DNA of 64,000 bases from Candidatus Saccharibacteria bacterium CPR2 (GCA_021404905.1 QWHN01000002.1:13582-77581); one strand, 5' to 3'; numbered from the stretch's first letter, positions 27,122-37,586 are shown. A program made the numbers and translations. Notes: generated from the sequence alone by a model not told the origin.

Positions 27122-28536
27122 TGGGTACTTGGGAAAACATCGATGTGATTGCCAAAAAAGTAAGGAATAAAAAATTAAGCCCTCTTGAGTTGGTTAATAA
27201 GGCAATCAATAACGCCAAGCAAGCAAAAGAATTCAACGCGATTATTAGTCTTCAGGAAGATGTAGCAATGCAAAAAGCCAAAAAAATAGACGAGAAAATT
27301 CAAAATAAAAAGGACATTGGCCGTTTAGCGGGCGTGCCTTTTATTGTTAAAGATAATTTTATGACTTTTGGAAGCGAGACAACGGCGGCCAGCAATATCT
27401 TAAAGGGTTACCATGCTCCTTATCAGTCGACAGCTGTTGAAAGACTAGAATCAGAAGGTGCAATTTTAATCGGAAAAGCTAATTTGGACGCATTTGCTTG
27501 CGGTTCCTCAACCGAAAACAGCGATTTTGGGGTGGTAAAAAATCCTCATAATCCCGAATATGTAGCTGGAGGTTCTTCGGGTGGTTCTGCTGCAGTTGTT
27601 GCTCTAGATGTTGTGCCATTTTCTCTTGGTACGGATACGGGTGGCTCAATCAGGTTGCCGGCAAGCTTTTGCGGCGTAGTTGGTTATAAACCTACTTATG
27701 GTTTGGTTTCTCGCTTTGGAGTTATAGCTCTCGCTAGTTCACTGGACGTCGTTGGCCCTATTACCAGCAGCGTGGAAGATACCCAATTAATACTCGACGT
27801 TATAGCGGGAAAAGACGGCAAGGACAGCACGGCTGTTGATAGAGAAAAGTCATATATTACCGACGAAGAAAGTCTAAAAGGAAAAAGAGTTGGTGTTATC
27901 AAACAGTTTATGGAACATGGTCTGGACGGGGAAGTTAGAAATTTGGTGGAAAATAAGATAAATAAAATCACTCAATCCGGGGCTGTTGTCGAAGAAGTAA
28001 GTTTGCCGATTCTAGATGAGGCTTTGGCTTGCTATTACATAATTATGCCAGCAGAACTCAGCTCTAACCTTGCCAGATATGACGGTATAAGATACGGCCA
28101 TTCGTCCAGTAGCGCCAAGAGCATTAACGAAACATATATTAAAACAAGAAACGAAGGTTTCAGCAGCGAGTTAAAACGACGCATTATGCTCGGAACGTTT
28201 GTTCTTTCCAGCGGCTACTATGATGCTTATTATAAAAAAGCTCAGTTAGTTAGAAGTAAATTGATTGCAGACTTTGAAAAAACTCTCTCAAAATATGATG
28301 TGTTGATTGGTCCAACGGCATCAACCACGGCATTTAAAATTGGTAAAAATATAAATAATCCGCTCCAAATGTATTTGATGGATATTATAACAGTTGCGGC
28401 AAACCTGGCCGGCGTGCCTGCTATATCTATCCCAATAGGAATGTCTGTTAATATGCCGGTTGGTATGCAAATTATAAGCAAACAAAAAGAGGATAAAAAA
28501 TTGCTGGGTATTGCCAGAGAGATGGAGAAACTATGA
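27118..28536 (+). CDS. gatA: Asp/Glu-tRNA amidotransferase subunit A
   Basis: The amidase signature reads GGSSGGSAAVVA...GTDTGGSIRLPASFCG. Confidence 0.93.
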   Translation: MMGTWENIDVIAKKVRNKKLSPLELVNKAINNAKQAKEFNAIISLQEDVAMQKAKKIDEKIQNKKDIGRLAGVPFIVKDNFMTFGSETTAASNILKGYHAPYQSTAVERLESEGAILIGKANLDAFACGSSTENSDFGVVKNPHNPEYVAGGSSGGSAAVVALDVVPFSLGTDTGGSIRLPASFCGVVGYKPTYGLVSRFGVIALASSLDVVGPITSSVEDTQLILDVIAGKDGKDSTAVDREKSYITDEESLKGKRVGVIKQFMEHGLDGEVRNLVENKINKITQSGAVVEEVSLPILDEALACYYIIMPAELSSNLARYDGIRYGHSSSSAKSINETYIKTRNEGFSSELKRRIMLGTFVLSSGYYDAYYKKAQLVRSKLIADFEKTLSKYDVLIGPTASTTAFKIGKNINNPLQMYLMDIITVAANLAGVPAISIPIGMSVNMPVGMQIISKQKEDKKLLGIAREMEKL

Positions 28537-28937
28537 CTTTAGAACTTGTAGCAATTGCGTTTGGTGGATTGCTGATACTGGGGTTGATAACTTACGCTTC
28601 AAGAAAACGCTCTAAACTGGATAGAGCATACTTCAAAAAACGCTGGCAAAAGATATGTGATACATATAAGGTGGAAGAAACCGGACCGACGATAGCGGTT
28701 ATCGAAGCTGATAAATTATTCGACCAAGCTTTAAAAAACGCAGGGTACGCGGGTGAAACAACTGGTGATCGACTCAAGTCCGCGGGAAAATCGCTCAGGA
28801 GCATAAATACAGTTTGGGATGCGCATAAATTGAGGAACAAATTAGTACATGAAACTGAGATAAAGTTGAAGAAAAATGATGCTAAAAATGCACTGAAGTC
28901 ATTTTATAGGGCGCTAAGAGAAATTGGTGCGTTATAG
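28533..28937 (+). CDS. small membrane-anchored protein with an Rx4H (HEPN/DUF4145-like) motif
   Basis: An N-terminal TM helix is followed by a helical domain ending in AHKLRNKLVHE. Its start overlaps the gatA stop (ATGA) and its stop lies 7 nt before the gatB ATG. Confidence 0.5.
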   Translation: MTLELVAIAFGGLLILGLITYASRKRSKLDRAYFKKRWQKICDTYKVEETGPTIAVIEADKLFDQALKNAGYAGETTGDRLKSAGKSLRSINTVWDAHKLRNKLVHETEIKLKKNDAKNALKSFYRALREIGAL

Positions 28938-28944
28938 GTGTGAT

Positions 28945-30405
28945 ATGTTGACTAACGAAGAGTTACTAGAAAAATATGAATTAACTGTAGGCATAGAGTG
29001 TCACGTTCAGCTCAATACGAAAACAAAATTATTTAGCGGTGTTAGCAATGATGCTAAAAATGCCGAACCGAACACACTAATATCACCGATTTGTTTTGGT
29101 TTGCCAGGAACACTGCCATATTTAAATAAAGAGGCGCTGCGACTTGCCATTAAGGCGGGGTTAGCTCTTAACGCCGAGATTGCTTTATATAGTAAATTTG
29201 ATCGCAAACATTATTTTTACCCTGATCTGCCAAAAGGCTACCAAATATCTCAGTATGATGAACCGATCATAAAAAACGGCTATGTTGATGTACAAATTAA
29301 CTCAGAAATACACAGAATTGCCATCGAGCGCGCGCATTTAGAGGAAGATGCCGGTAAACTAACCCACCCCTCTGGTGCTGATTATACCTTGGTAGATTTG
29401 AATAGAGCAGGCACTCCTTTGCTTGAAATAGTCTCAAAACCGGATATACACACTCCTGCACAAGCCAGAGCTTACGCAAGAGAGCTTTATTTATTAATGA
29501 AATATGCAAGTGTGTCGGATGTTGACCTGTATCACGGCAACATGAGGTTTGATGTGAATGTGTCCGTGGCTCTGAGCGGTTCAAAAGAACTTGGAGTTAG
29601 AACCGAAATTAAAAACCTGAATTCTTTCATGAATGTAGAAAAAGCTGCTGCTTATGAATATTTACGACAGTCGGGTTTGATCGAACGAGGCGGCAAGGTG
29701 GTGCAAGAAACTCGCGGATGGGATGACGCTAAACAAAAAACTTTCTCTCAGCGCAGTAAAGAAGAGGCTCATGATTATCGATATTTCCCGGAACCAGATA
29801 TCCCACCTGTTAGATTGGACAGAAAACTAATCGAAGAGATAAAAAGCCAGATGCCAATGCTGCCTCATGATGCCAGGATTTTTTTGAAAGACAGAGGCAT
29901 CAAGGAAGAAAACATCGAGGTGATTTTAGACCAGCCAAAAATTCTTGATCTAATTATTCAACTACCTAAAGGCACTAGTAATAATATTTATGTCAGAGCG
30001 GCAAACTGGTTGTCCAATGAGGTCCAAAGGGTGATTAGTGAAAATAATTTCGATATCGACAAGGACCTAAATTTAACAGCAGAAAATTTGCTAAGGTTGT
30101 CAGATATGATTGATGATGGATCTATTAGTTTTACCGCTTCCAAAGAAATTCTTGAAACTATAGTTAAAAAAGACGTTGATCCCAAAAAAATTGCTGAAGA
30201 AAAAAATCTAATTCAAATTTCCGATAACGGAGAGCTAGACAGAATAATCGAAGAAGTAATTAAGAGTAATGCTCAGGCAATTGACGATATTAAGTCTGGC
30301 AAACAAGAGGCTTTCGGTTTTCTCATCGGACAAGTGATGAAAAAAAGTCGAGGCAGAGCTAACCCTGGTCTTGTCTCGAAGATACTTAAAGAAAAGATTA
30401 AATAG
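28945..30405 (+). CDS. gatB: Asp/Glu-tRNA amidotransferase subunit B
   Basis: The N-terminal YELTVGIECHVQL and the C-terminal GatB/YqeY domain are present. I prefer the ATG at 28945 to the tracked TTG at 28924. Confidence 0.93.
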   Translation: MLTNEELLEKYELTVGIECHVQLNTKTKLFSGVSNDAKNAEPNTLISPICFGLPGTLPYLNKEALRLAIKAGLALNAEIALYSKFDRKHYFYPDLPKGYQISQYDEPIIKNGYVDVQINSEIHRIAIERAHLEEDAGKLTHPSGADYTLVDLNRAGTPLLEIVSKPDIHTPAQARAYARELYLLMKYASVSDVDLYHGNMRFDVNVSVALSGSKELGVRTEIKNLNSFMNVEKAAAYEYLRQSGLIERGGKVVQETRGWDDAKQKTFSQRSKEEAHDYRYFPEPDIPPVRLDRKLIEEIKSQMPMLPHDARIFLKDRGIKEENIEVILDQPKILDLIIQLPKGTSNNIYVRAANWLSNEVQRVISENNFDIDKDLNLTAENLLRLSDMIDDGSISFTASKEILETIVKKDVDPKKIAEEKNLIQISDNGELDRIIEEVIKSNAQAIDDIKSGKQEAFGFLIGQVMKKSRGRANPGLVSKILKEKIK

Positions 30406-30441
30406 TTTTGCAGTAGAAAATATGGTTGTATAATATGTCCT

Positions 30442-30759
30442 ATGTATGACACATCTGTTTTATTTGCATCCTCGTCTTCAAGAAGTTATGACATATTAGT
30501 AATTATTTTATCAACAACCCTAGCTCTTTTATTGGTTCTTTCAATTATTTTAGTAGTCTATTTAATCCAGGTTGCCAGGCACATAAATCGAATAACATTA
30601 AAAGCTGAGTCGTTTATGGATAATATAAAATCCGCATCTAAAGCCATAAGAAAAGCTGCTGGTCCAATCGCACTGTCCAAGATTATTTCATCTGCTGTAG
30701 CTGCTTATACTAGCAGTAAGAAGAGAAAGAAAGGAGAGAAAAATAATGAAGAACAGTAA
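30442..30759 (+). CDS. small membrane protein, DUF948-like
   Basis: A single TM helix is followed by a helical region. It is paired with a YtxH-type gene, as in Firmicutes. Confidence 0.45.
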   Translation: MYDTSVLFASSSSRSYDILVIILSTTLALLLVLSIILVVYLIQVARHINRITLKAESFMDNIKSASKAIRKAAGPIALSKIISSAVAAYTSSKKRKKGEKNNEEQ

Positions 30760-31129
30760 ATTCATGCGAGGTACAATACTCGGCGCGATACTTGGTGCGG
30801 TCTTGGGTATATTATTTGCTCCCAAAAGCGGTAAAGAAACGCGGCAAGACATCAAAAAAGGCGCTGTTAAGGCGACTAAAGAAATTGAAAAACAACTTAA
30901 AGCTTTACACAAAGAGCTTGAGGAATTAAGAAAACAATTAAGAAAAAAATACGATAATTTAAGAGGTAAAGCTAAAAGAGAAGCTGACGGGACAATGTCT
31001 AAATTAGGCCGTATCATAGATGCAATTAAAAGAGAGTTAAGTGCTATGCACGAGGGTGAGTCTGACGGATCAAAATCTGAAGAAATTATTAAACAGGCTC
31101 ATGCTATAAAGAAAGACGTCAAGAAATAG
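30746..31129 (+). CDS. YtxH domain protein
   Basis: The N-terminal GAILGAVLGILFAPKSGKETRQDIKK is followed by a coiled-coil region. Confidence 0.75.
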   Translation: MKNSKFMRGTILGAILGAVLGILFAPKSGKETRQDIKKGAVKATKEIEKQLKALHKELEELRKQLRKKYDNLRGKAKREADGTMSKLGRIIDAIKRELSAMHEGESDGSKSEEIIKQAHAIKKDVKK

Positions 31130-31182
31130 CTCCGGCAAGCTAAATATAGTGATATACTAAAACAAAATAACAGGGGGATATT

Positions 31183-34100
31183 TTGGGCGAACTAAAGGCG
31201 TCTGATTTTGTACACTTGCATAACCATACACACTACAGTCTTCTTGATGGTTTACAAAAAGTTGAACCCATGTTGGATAAAGTTAAAGCATATGGTATGG
31301 ACGCTGTGGCAATTACAGACCACGGCACACTCTCTGGGGCAATAGAATTCTATAAAAAATCAATCGATAAAAACATAAACCCGATTATTGGCATAGAGAC
31401 TTACGTCGCGCCGCGTCTGCATACAGATAAAGAAGCAGGAAAAGACAAAGCGAATTATCACTTGATCTTGCTAGCCATGAATAATGAAGGCTATAGAAAT
31501 CTGATGCGGCTGGCAACTATAGCGTCGCTTGATGGTTTTTATCACAAACCTCGCGTTGACCACCAATTGCTGGAGCAATACAACCAGGGGATTATCGTAC
31601 TCTCCGGTTGTGCCAATGGAGAAGTCGGTGATGCCATTAGAAATCAACAGGATAAAGAGGCAGAGAAAATAGCTCTTTGGTATAAAAAAGTTTTTGGTGA
31701 CAGGTATTATTTGGAAGTTCAAGACCACGGGCACAAGTGGGATGTCCAGGATGCAATAAACAAAAAAGTATTGCAGCTTGGGAAGAAGCTTGAAATTCCG
31801 GTTGTTCTAACGGCTGACGCGCATTATTTAAATGTTGATGATAAAGAAGCCCATGAGATTCTTCTTTGTGTGCAGACTGGTTCATTTTTATCCGACAATT
31901 CCAGAATGTCTTTAAAGGATTTTGACTTATATCTCAGCGATCCAAGAGAGATTATTGAGCGCTGGAGCAAATATCCTAAAGTCATATTAAATACAAAAAA
32001 GATTTCTCAGAGATGCAGTGTTGAAATAGAACTTGGGAAAATAAAGATTCCTAGATATCAATTGCCAAAAGGAATAAGCGACTATGAATATTTAGAAGAA
32101 AAAGTATGCCTCGGATTAGTAAATCGTTATAGCAGTAAAGCAGGCAAGGGGTCCCGGAAAAAGATAAAAGATTTAAAAGGACAATTGAATGAAGAAATAA
32201 TTTCGCGTGCTGAATATGAAATGAATGTAATTAAAAAAATGGGCTACTCCAGTTATTTCTTGATCGTTGCTGATTTTGTTAACTGGGGCAAAGAGAGAGG
32301 AATAGTGTTTGGACCTGGGCGTGGAAGCGCGGCAGGCTCAATAGTGGCTTATTCGTTAAATATAACCGATCTTGATCCGCTTAAGTATGATCTGTTGTTT
32401 GAACGCTTTTTAAATCCTGACCGAATATCAATGCCAGATATTGATATAGATATTCAAGATAATCGCCGCGACGAGGTCATCCAATATTGCGTGGATAAAT
32501 ACGGGCAGGAAAAAGTTGCTCATATTGTAACTTTTGGCACTATGGCGGCCAGAAACGCAATCAGGGATGTAGCAAGAGTTTTGGAGGTGCCATACGCAGA
32601 AGCTGATAGACTGGCAAAAATGGTGCCGCCACCAATCCAGGGCAGGCATATACCACTGGAAAAATCAGTAAAAGAAAATATAGAGTTAAAGAATGAGTAT
32701 CAAAATAGCGAAAACGCAAAAAAAGTTATCGATTTGGCAATTAAACTGGAAGGAACAATCCGTTCCCATGGTGTTCATGCGGCCGGTGTTGTTATCGCTC
32801 CTGATAACATTGTAAACTACACCCCCCTTGAAGTCGCTCAAAAAGGAGTAGTTGCGACTCAATATTCTATGGGTCCGATTGAAGACCTTGGCCTGGTAAA
32901 AATGGATTTTTTGGGATTATCAAATCTTACCATTATTAAAAACGCTCTTAGGATAATCCGTAAAGTGTGGAATATAGAAATTGATTTGGGTTCATTACCA
33001 CTTGATGATAAAAAAACTTACGATCTGCTCTCTGGGGGTGACACTACTGGGGTATTTCAGCTTGAGTCTTCCGGCATGAAGCGATATCTAAAAGAGCTCA
33101 AACCCTCTCGTTTTGAAGATATTATCGCTATGGTTTCGCTATATAGACCTGGTCCGCTTGCAGCTGGTCTTACGGATAAATTTATTGCCAGAAAAAATGG
33201 CTTTGAAAAAGTTGAATACGACCACAAACTGATGGAACCGGCACTTCGTACTACCTATGGCGTGTTGGTATATCAGGAACAAGTGATGCAGATAGCAAAA
33301 GATATGAGTGGTTTTAGTGGTGGAGAGGCTGATACTTTAAGGAAAGCCGTGGGCAAAAAAATCCGCAGCATGATGGCTCAAATGCAGAGCAAAATTGTTG
33401 ACGGTGCAGTAAAAAACGGAGTTGATAAACGTATAGCTGAAAAGTTCTGGAAAGATGTTGAAGGATTTGCCGACTATGCTTTTAACAAATCGCATGCGGC
33501 TTGCTATGCAATGATTGCTTATCAAACAGCATTTCTCAAAGCGAATTATCCCAAAGCATTTATGGCTGCCTTAATGACAAGTAATTATGATGATACGGAT
33601 AAGCTCGCCCATGATATTAGCGAATGCAGACATATGGGTATTGATGTGCTTCCACCAAATATCAACGAGTCATTTGTTGAGTTTGCTGTAACTCCTGACA
33701 AAAAACAGATTAGATTTGGCATGTCTGCGATAAAAAATGTGGGTACCGGTGCTGTTGAGTCTATTTTGGATGCTAGGCAAGAAGGGGAGTTTAAAACACT
33801 GGAGGACTTCATTGGGCGGATTAACCCTAGAGTCGTTAATAAAAAAGTCTGGGAAAGTTTAATAAAAACAGGAGCATTTGATGAGTATGAAAGACGCGAT
33901 GTGTTGCTTTCTAATCTGGATGTGATTATCGCATATGTATCAAAAGTTCATAAAGAAAATGAAAGTAACCAAGCAGATTTATTTGGCGGCATTGATGATA
34001 AAAACACTATGCCGACTTTACAACTTGATAAATCAGCGCCGGAAGTATCAAAAAATATTTATTTGTTGTGGGAGAGAGAACTTCTGGGCATATACCTTTC

Positions 34101-34758
34101 AGAACATCCGCTAGAAAACTACAAAGCTTATTTCTCAGAAAATACCATTCCAATTGAAAGATTAAAGTCATTTCAGGAAGAGGCAAAAGTTACAGTCGGG
34201 GGGCTTATTCAGGCTATTCGTGAAATAAATACAAGGAGTGGGCAAAAAATGGCTTTTGTTACTGTTGAGGACCTAACTTCATCAGTGGAGTTAATAGTTT
34301 TTCCCAATGCCTATCAGGAAGTTAAAGACAAAATAGAACAGGATACTGTTATTAAAGCATCTGGCAAAATTAGTACAAAGGATAGAGACGGACACAAAAC
34401 AGACGAACCAAAAGTATTAGTCGATAATATTGAAGTTCTCAGCGAAGAAACACTGGCAAACTATAAGCCAACTGGTAAAAAAATACCTTTGCCAAAACAG
34501 AAAAAAAGTAGTACTCAAGATGTCCAAAGTACAGAAAAACGGTTGTTTATTTACGCAAAAGACGTTAACGATCATGATAAATTAGTATCTATAAAAAAAC
34601 TTGTATCTAAATATGCCGGGAGTACGGAAACAATACTGGTAATTGAAAGCGATGACGGCAAACATGCAGTCAAATTGCCTTTTAAAAATGACGCGTCCAG
34701 CGATTTAATTAATGCATTGAATGAACTACTTGGCGATAATTGTGTTGTATTAAAGTGA
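31183..34758 (+). CDS. dnaE: DNA polymerase III alpha subunit
   Basis: The PHP domain (FVHLHNHTHYSLLDG), the polymerase core (GPGRGSAAGS, MPDIDIDI) and an OB fold are present. The start is TTG, preceded by AGGGGGA. Confidence 0.95.
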   Translation: MGELKASDFVHLHNHTHYSLLDGLQKVEPMLDKVKAYGMDAVAITDHGTLSGAIEFYKKSIDKNINPIIGIETYVAPRLHTDKEAGKDKANYHLILLAMNNEGYRNLMRLATIASLDGFYHKPRVDHQLLEQYNQGIIVLSGCANGEVGDAIRNQQDKEAEKIALWYKKVFGDRYYLEVQDHGHKWDVQDAINKKVLQLGKKLEIPVVLTADAHYLNVDDKEAHEILLCVQTGSFLSDNSRMSLKDFDLYLSDPREIIERWSKYPKVILNTKKISQRCSVEIELGKIKIPRYQLPKGISDYEYLEEKVCLGLVNRYSSKAGKGSRKKIKDLKGQLNEEIISRAEYEMNVIKKMGYSSYFLIVADFVNWGKERGIVFGPGRGSAAGSIVAYSLNITDLDPLKYDLLFERFLNPDRISMPDIDIDIQDNRRDEVIQYCVDKYGQEKVAHIVTFGTMAARNAIRDVARVLEVPYAEADRLAKMVPPPIQGRHIPLEKSVKENIELKNEYQNSENAKKVIDLAIKLEGTIRSHGVHAAGVVIAPDNIVNYTPLEVAQKGVVATQYSMGPIEDLGLVKMDFLGLSNLTIIKNALRIIRKVWNIEIDLGSLPLDDKKTYDLLSGGDTTGVFQLESSGMKRYLKELKPSRFEDIIAMVSLYRPGPLAAGLTDKFIARKNGFEKVEYDHKLMEPALRTTYGVLVYQEQVMQIAKDMSGFSGGEADTLRKAVGKKIRSMMAQMQSKIVDGAVKNGVDKRIAEKFWKDVEGFADYAFNKSHAACYAMIAYQTAFLKANYPKAFMAALMTSNYDDTDKLAHDISECRHMGIDVLPPNINESFVEFAVTPDKKQIRFGMSAIKNVGTGAVESILDARQEGEFKTLEDFIGRINPRVVNKKVWESLIKTGAFDEYERRDVLLSNLDVIIAYVSKVHKENESNQADLFGGIDDKNTMPTLQLDKSAPEVSKNIYLLWERELLGIYLSEHPLENYKAYFSENTIPIERLKSFQEEAKVTVGGLIQAIREINTRSGQKMAFVTVEDLTSSVELIVFPNAYQEVKDKIEQDTVIKASGKISTKDRDGHKTDEPKVLVDNIEVLSEETLANYKPTGKKIPLPKQKKSSTQDVQSTEKRLFIYAKDVNDHDKLVSIKKLVSKYAGSTETILVIESDDGKHAVKLPFKNDASSDLINALNELLGDNCVVLK

Positions 34759-34765
34759 CACTAAA

Positions 34766-35011
34766 CTACAGAGAAAACCCTAAATAGGCAGTAATCAGGG
34801 CAATAAAACCGTATTCAATGGCACGCAGCAATCCAAACCTTTTCTTAATTACGTCGATAGTTACATTGGCAGTGAAATATATAAACGAAAGTGTAGTCAC
34901 AAATAATGGCCCAAAGGTTCCTTGAACAGAGCTTATTATGAGCGTGAGCGCTATAAACATTGCGATAAGAATTATTTCGCGGAGATGAGACTGTCTTTTG
35001 AAGTATTGCAT
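34766..35011 (-). CDS. hypothetical small membrane protein (81 aa)
   Basis: It has two or three hydrophobic helices. Its start lies 2 nt after the stop of the CAP-domain gene. Confidence 0.4.
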   Translation of the reverse strand: MQYFKRQSHLREIILIAMFIALTLIISSVQGTFGPLFVTTLSFIYFTANVTIDVIKKRFGLLRAIEYGFIALITAYLGFSL

Positions 35012-35013
35012 AA

Positions 35014-36042
35014 CTATAGGATGGAACCATATACGGAGCTAAGTAGGTACCATAGGATTAAATAAAGTATGCCAGCCTCCAAAAGCGGGTGCGACATAGC
35101 AAAACTTTCTCCTTTAATAACGATTCGATGTATGAACAACATATGCCTGTATAAATAGATAAACGCCAAAGCAGCAATTAAAGACACGCTGCTATATATA
35201 GCCCAATGTGCTTGGCCGCTGAACAAAGCTTGGAGGTTGCTTATTTGTTTAGGTTGGTTATTAACTGAAACAGGCTTGATATCGGGAACCGTGTTTGGAT
35301 CAACTTTGAGCTTAAATTCCTCAGTCTCTTGTTTGTCTGCACTAGGCGTATCCTCTTGCGCGGGATTTTGAGGCACATCCGTGGGGCTACTTTGAGTTTC
35401 AGTTTGGGTATTAGCCGGAGCGTATGCAGTTTGTGTTTGTGCTTGCTGGACTGGGCTTGTTTGGGCTGGAGCAGGTGCGGGGCTATACGGTGCCCCATAC
35501 ATTGCAACTACAACTGTATTCTCACCACCCTGAAATATTCCATTGGCTATTCCAAAGCCAACATCGACATATGTTGAATTCAAAATATTATCACGGTGCG
35601 AGGGGCTGTTCATCCAGCCGGCAACTGCGCCTTGGCTGGTATCAAAACCATAGGCGAGGTTTTCTCCTGCAGCGACGTAAACATAGCCACTTGAATTAAT
35701 AAAATCCCAAGGTGTAGTACCGTCTGGCGCCACGTGCGCCCAATAATTATTCGCAATCATGTGCTGGGCTTTTGCCTGAGCAGCCTGGTTTAGTTGTGAA
35801 TTAAGATTGAGCGATGACAACCCGTTATTTATGCGCTCTTGATTTGTGTATTGCAGCAATCCTGATTGAGTAATATTTGATGCATATCCAAGTACCTGAA
35901 ACTGGCCTGTATTTTGAAAGTTAAATAAAACCTGGATAAGCAAAATAGACAAACTGACAAGAAACAATCCATAATGAGAAATTATATGGGGTCTGTATTT
36001 ATTTGATTGGTTTGGTATGAGAGCTTGGGCTATATAGCTCAT
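35014..36042 (-). CDS. CAP/SCP (PR-1-like) domain protein with TM segments and a Pro/Thr/Gln-rich linker
   Basis: The CAP-domain core reads NQERINNGLSSL...AQHMIANNYWAHV...GENLAYGF...GWMNSPSHRDNIL. Confidence 0.7.
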   Translation of the reverse strand: MSYIAQALIPNQSNKYRPHIISHYGLFLVSLSILLIQVLFNFQNTGQFQVLGYASNITQSGLLQYTNQERINNGLSSLNLNSQLNQAAQAKAQHMIANNYWAHVAPDGTTPWDFINSSGYVYVAAGENLAYGFDTSQGAVAGWMNSPSHRDNILNSTYVDVGFGIANGIFQGGENTVVVAMYGAPYSPAPAPAQTSPVQQAQTQTAYAPANTQTETQSSPTDVPQNPAQEDTPSADKQETEEFKLKVDPNTVPDIKPVSVNNQPKQISNLQALFSGQAHWAIYSSVSLIAALAFIYLYRHMLFIHRIVIKGESFAMSHPLLEAGILYLILWYLLSSVYGSIL

Positions 36043-36116
36043 TTACTTATATTAGCATTTGCGTTAAGGTTTTTGTCTTATGCGTTGTGAATAAAATCGA
36101 CAGAGAGGAGTATGTT

Positions 36117-37586
36117 TTATTCGTTTTCTTTGCCGCTTTTACGCCATAGCAGATACCAAAGCACGCCGACTGTTCCGAATCCGGCGACCCACCACCACCA
36201 TGAAGCCTGATCTTCAGCAGATTCATCTCTAGTATCCTGAGCCGCTCCTTCATCGGTCTTTCCCTCATCTGCAGATTGTTGCTGCTCTTGATCATCGGGT
36301 ATGCCGTTCTGGTTCTCGTCCACAAAACCTGGGCCAGCTTGAGCCACCAGGTCTTCGCCGCAAACACCTTTACCGCAACCTCCACCTTGTGAGTATTGGG
36401 CAACCGGTGTTGTAACTGAAGAAGCAAGAGCTACTGGAGTTGCCGAGGCGTTTGTAGAGCTTCCAAGCACATTTCCGCTGTCAGTTTCAGAAGATTTGTA
36501 TTTCATCACATCGTCTCTCATTGTCAAGGCAATTTCACTATCATTCTCATTTTCTTCTTCTGAAAAGTCGCTGATTGCTCTTAACATGTAATTATTTTGA
36601 GGGCAGTTAGTTACCAAGCTGAAGAGCGTGTTTTCTGAAAGAGGATCAACAGTCACAACACCTTCAGGAATCGTCCATGTGTTGTCTTCAGTATTTATAT
36701 ATGTATCAGCATTGTAAGACACACCGTTAATGCGCACTGTGAGAGTCTCGGCGCCCTCACAAATCGTTCCAGAGAGCGAAGGCGAAACTTTATTGGTTTC
36801 AAAATTGTTGATTGTAACTTGAGGGTTATTTGGCAATAATACGCCCGCCATTATATGTAACGCGCCATTGTCAGCCGCTTGGTCAGGAACTAATACTTTT
36901 TCGCCATTTATAAATATGTCTGACCCTATAATGTTAACCTGCAAATTCAAACCTGCGAGTGACGTTAAAACCTGCCCATCAGTAAGATCAACGCTGAACA
37001 TTTTTGTTTGCAGAACATGGTTACTTAAAAATTCCTGTAGTTGCTCTGAATTGGATGAAAGCTCGTTAACCTCAGCCTCAGGAATGTAAGCAAAAGCTTC
37101 ATTGTTTGGGCCAAAAACCGTTAGGGTTTCAGTGTCGAAGTAACCTTCCAGCGATAAAGCTTCAATTACCGAAGATAATGTACTCAAATCAGTATTTGGC
37201 TTGATAACATCGGTGTAAAGCTTGGTAGTGGTGACAGGAACCGCCATAACACTGGCAGCTACTGATTGAGGCGGGGTGGATTTATCTGATGACTCTGATG
37301 TTGTTTCTTTTGTCACATCAACATCAGTGGTGTTATTCGGAGAGTCTGTTACCGCATCCATGGCTTGTTGTGTGTCGGTATTATTGGCGGACTCATCAGC
37401 TTGCGGATTGACGATATCGGAAGGATAGGGGCTGATCTCTACAGGGGCATTAATAACTACTCCCGCTTCTGGAGATTGCGGTTCTGCTGCAAAAACAACA
37501 TTAGCAGGCAACAATAAACCCCAAATCCCGTAAACAAGTGTTAACGCACTAAATTTAATTCTTTTTGTATATTTTTTGATGGACAT
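36117..37586 (-). CDS. secreted fasciclin (FAS1) domain protein with a C-terminal membrane anchor
   Basis: A signal peptide follows the ATG at 37586 (SD GGAGG). The FAS1 block reads TVFGPNNEAF...NHVL...ADNGALHIMAGVLLP. The C-terminal segment WWWWVAGFGTVGVLWYLLWRKSGKENE forms the anchor. Confidence 0.7.
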   Translation of the reverse strand: MSIKKYTKRIKFSALTLVYGIWGLLLPANVVFAAEPQSPEAGVVINAPVEISPYPSDIVNPQADESANNTDTQQAMDAVTDSPNNTTDVDVTKETTSESSDKSTPPQSVAASVMAVPVTTTKLYTDVIKPNTDLSTLSSVIEALSLEGYFDTETLTVFGPNNEAFAYIPEAEVNELSSNSEQLQEFLSNHVLQTKMFSVDLTDGQVLTSLAGLNLQVNIIGSDIFINGEKVLVPDQAADNGALHIMAGVLLPNNPQVTINNFETNKVSPSLSGTICEGAETLTVRINGVSYNADTYINTEDNTWTIPEGVVTVDPLSENTLFSLVTNCPQNNYMLRAISDFSEEENENDSEIALTMRDDVMKYKSSETDSGNVLGSSTNASATPVALASSVTTPVAQYSQGGGCGKGVCGEDLVAQAGPGFVDENQNGIPDDQEQQQSADEGKTDEGAAQDTRDESAEDQASWWWWVAGFGTVGVLWYLLWRKSGKENE

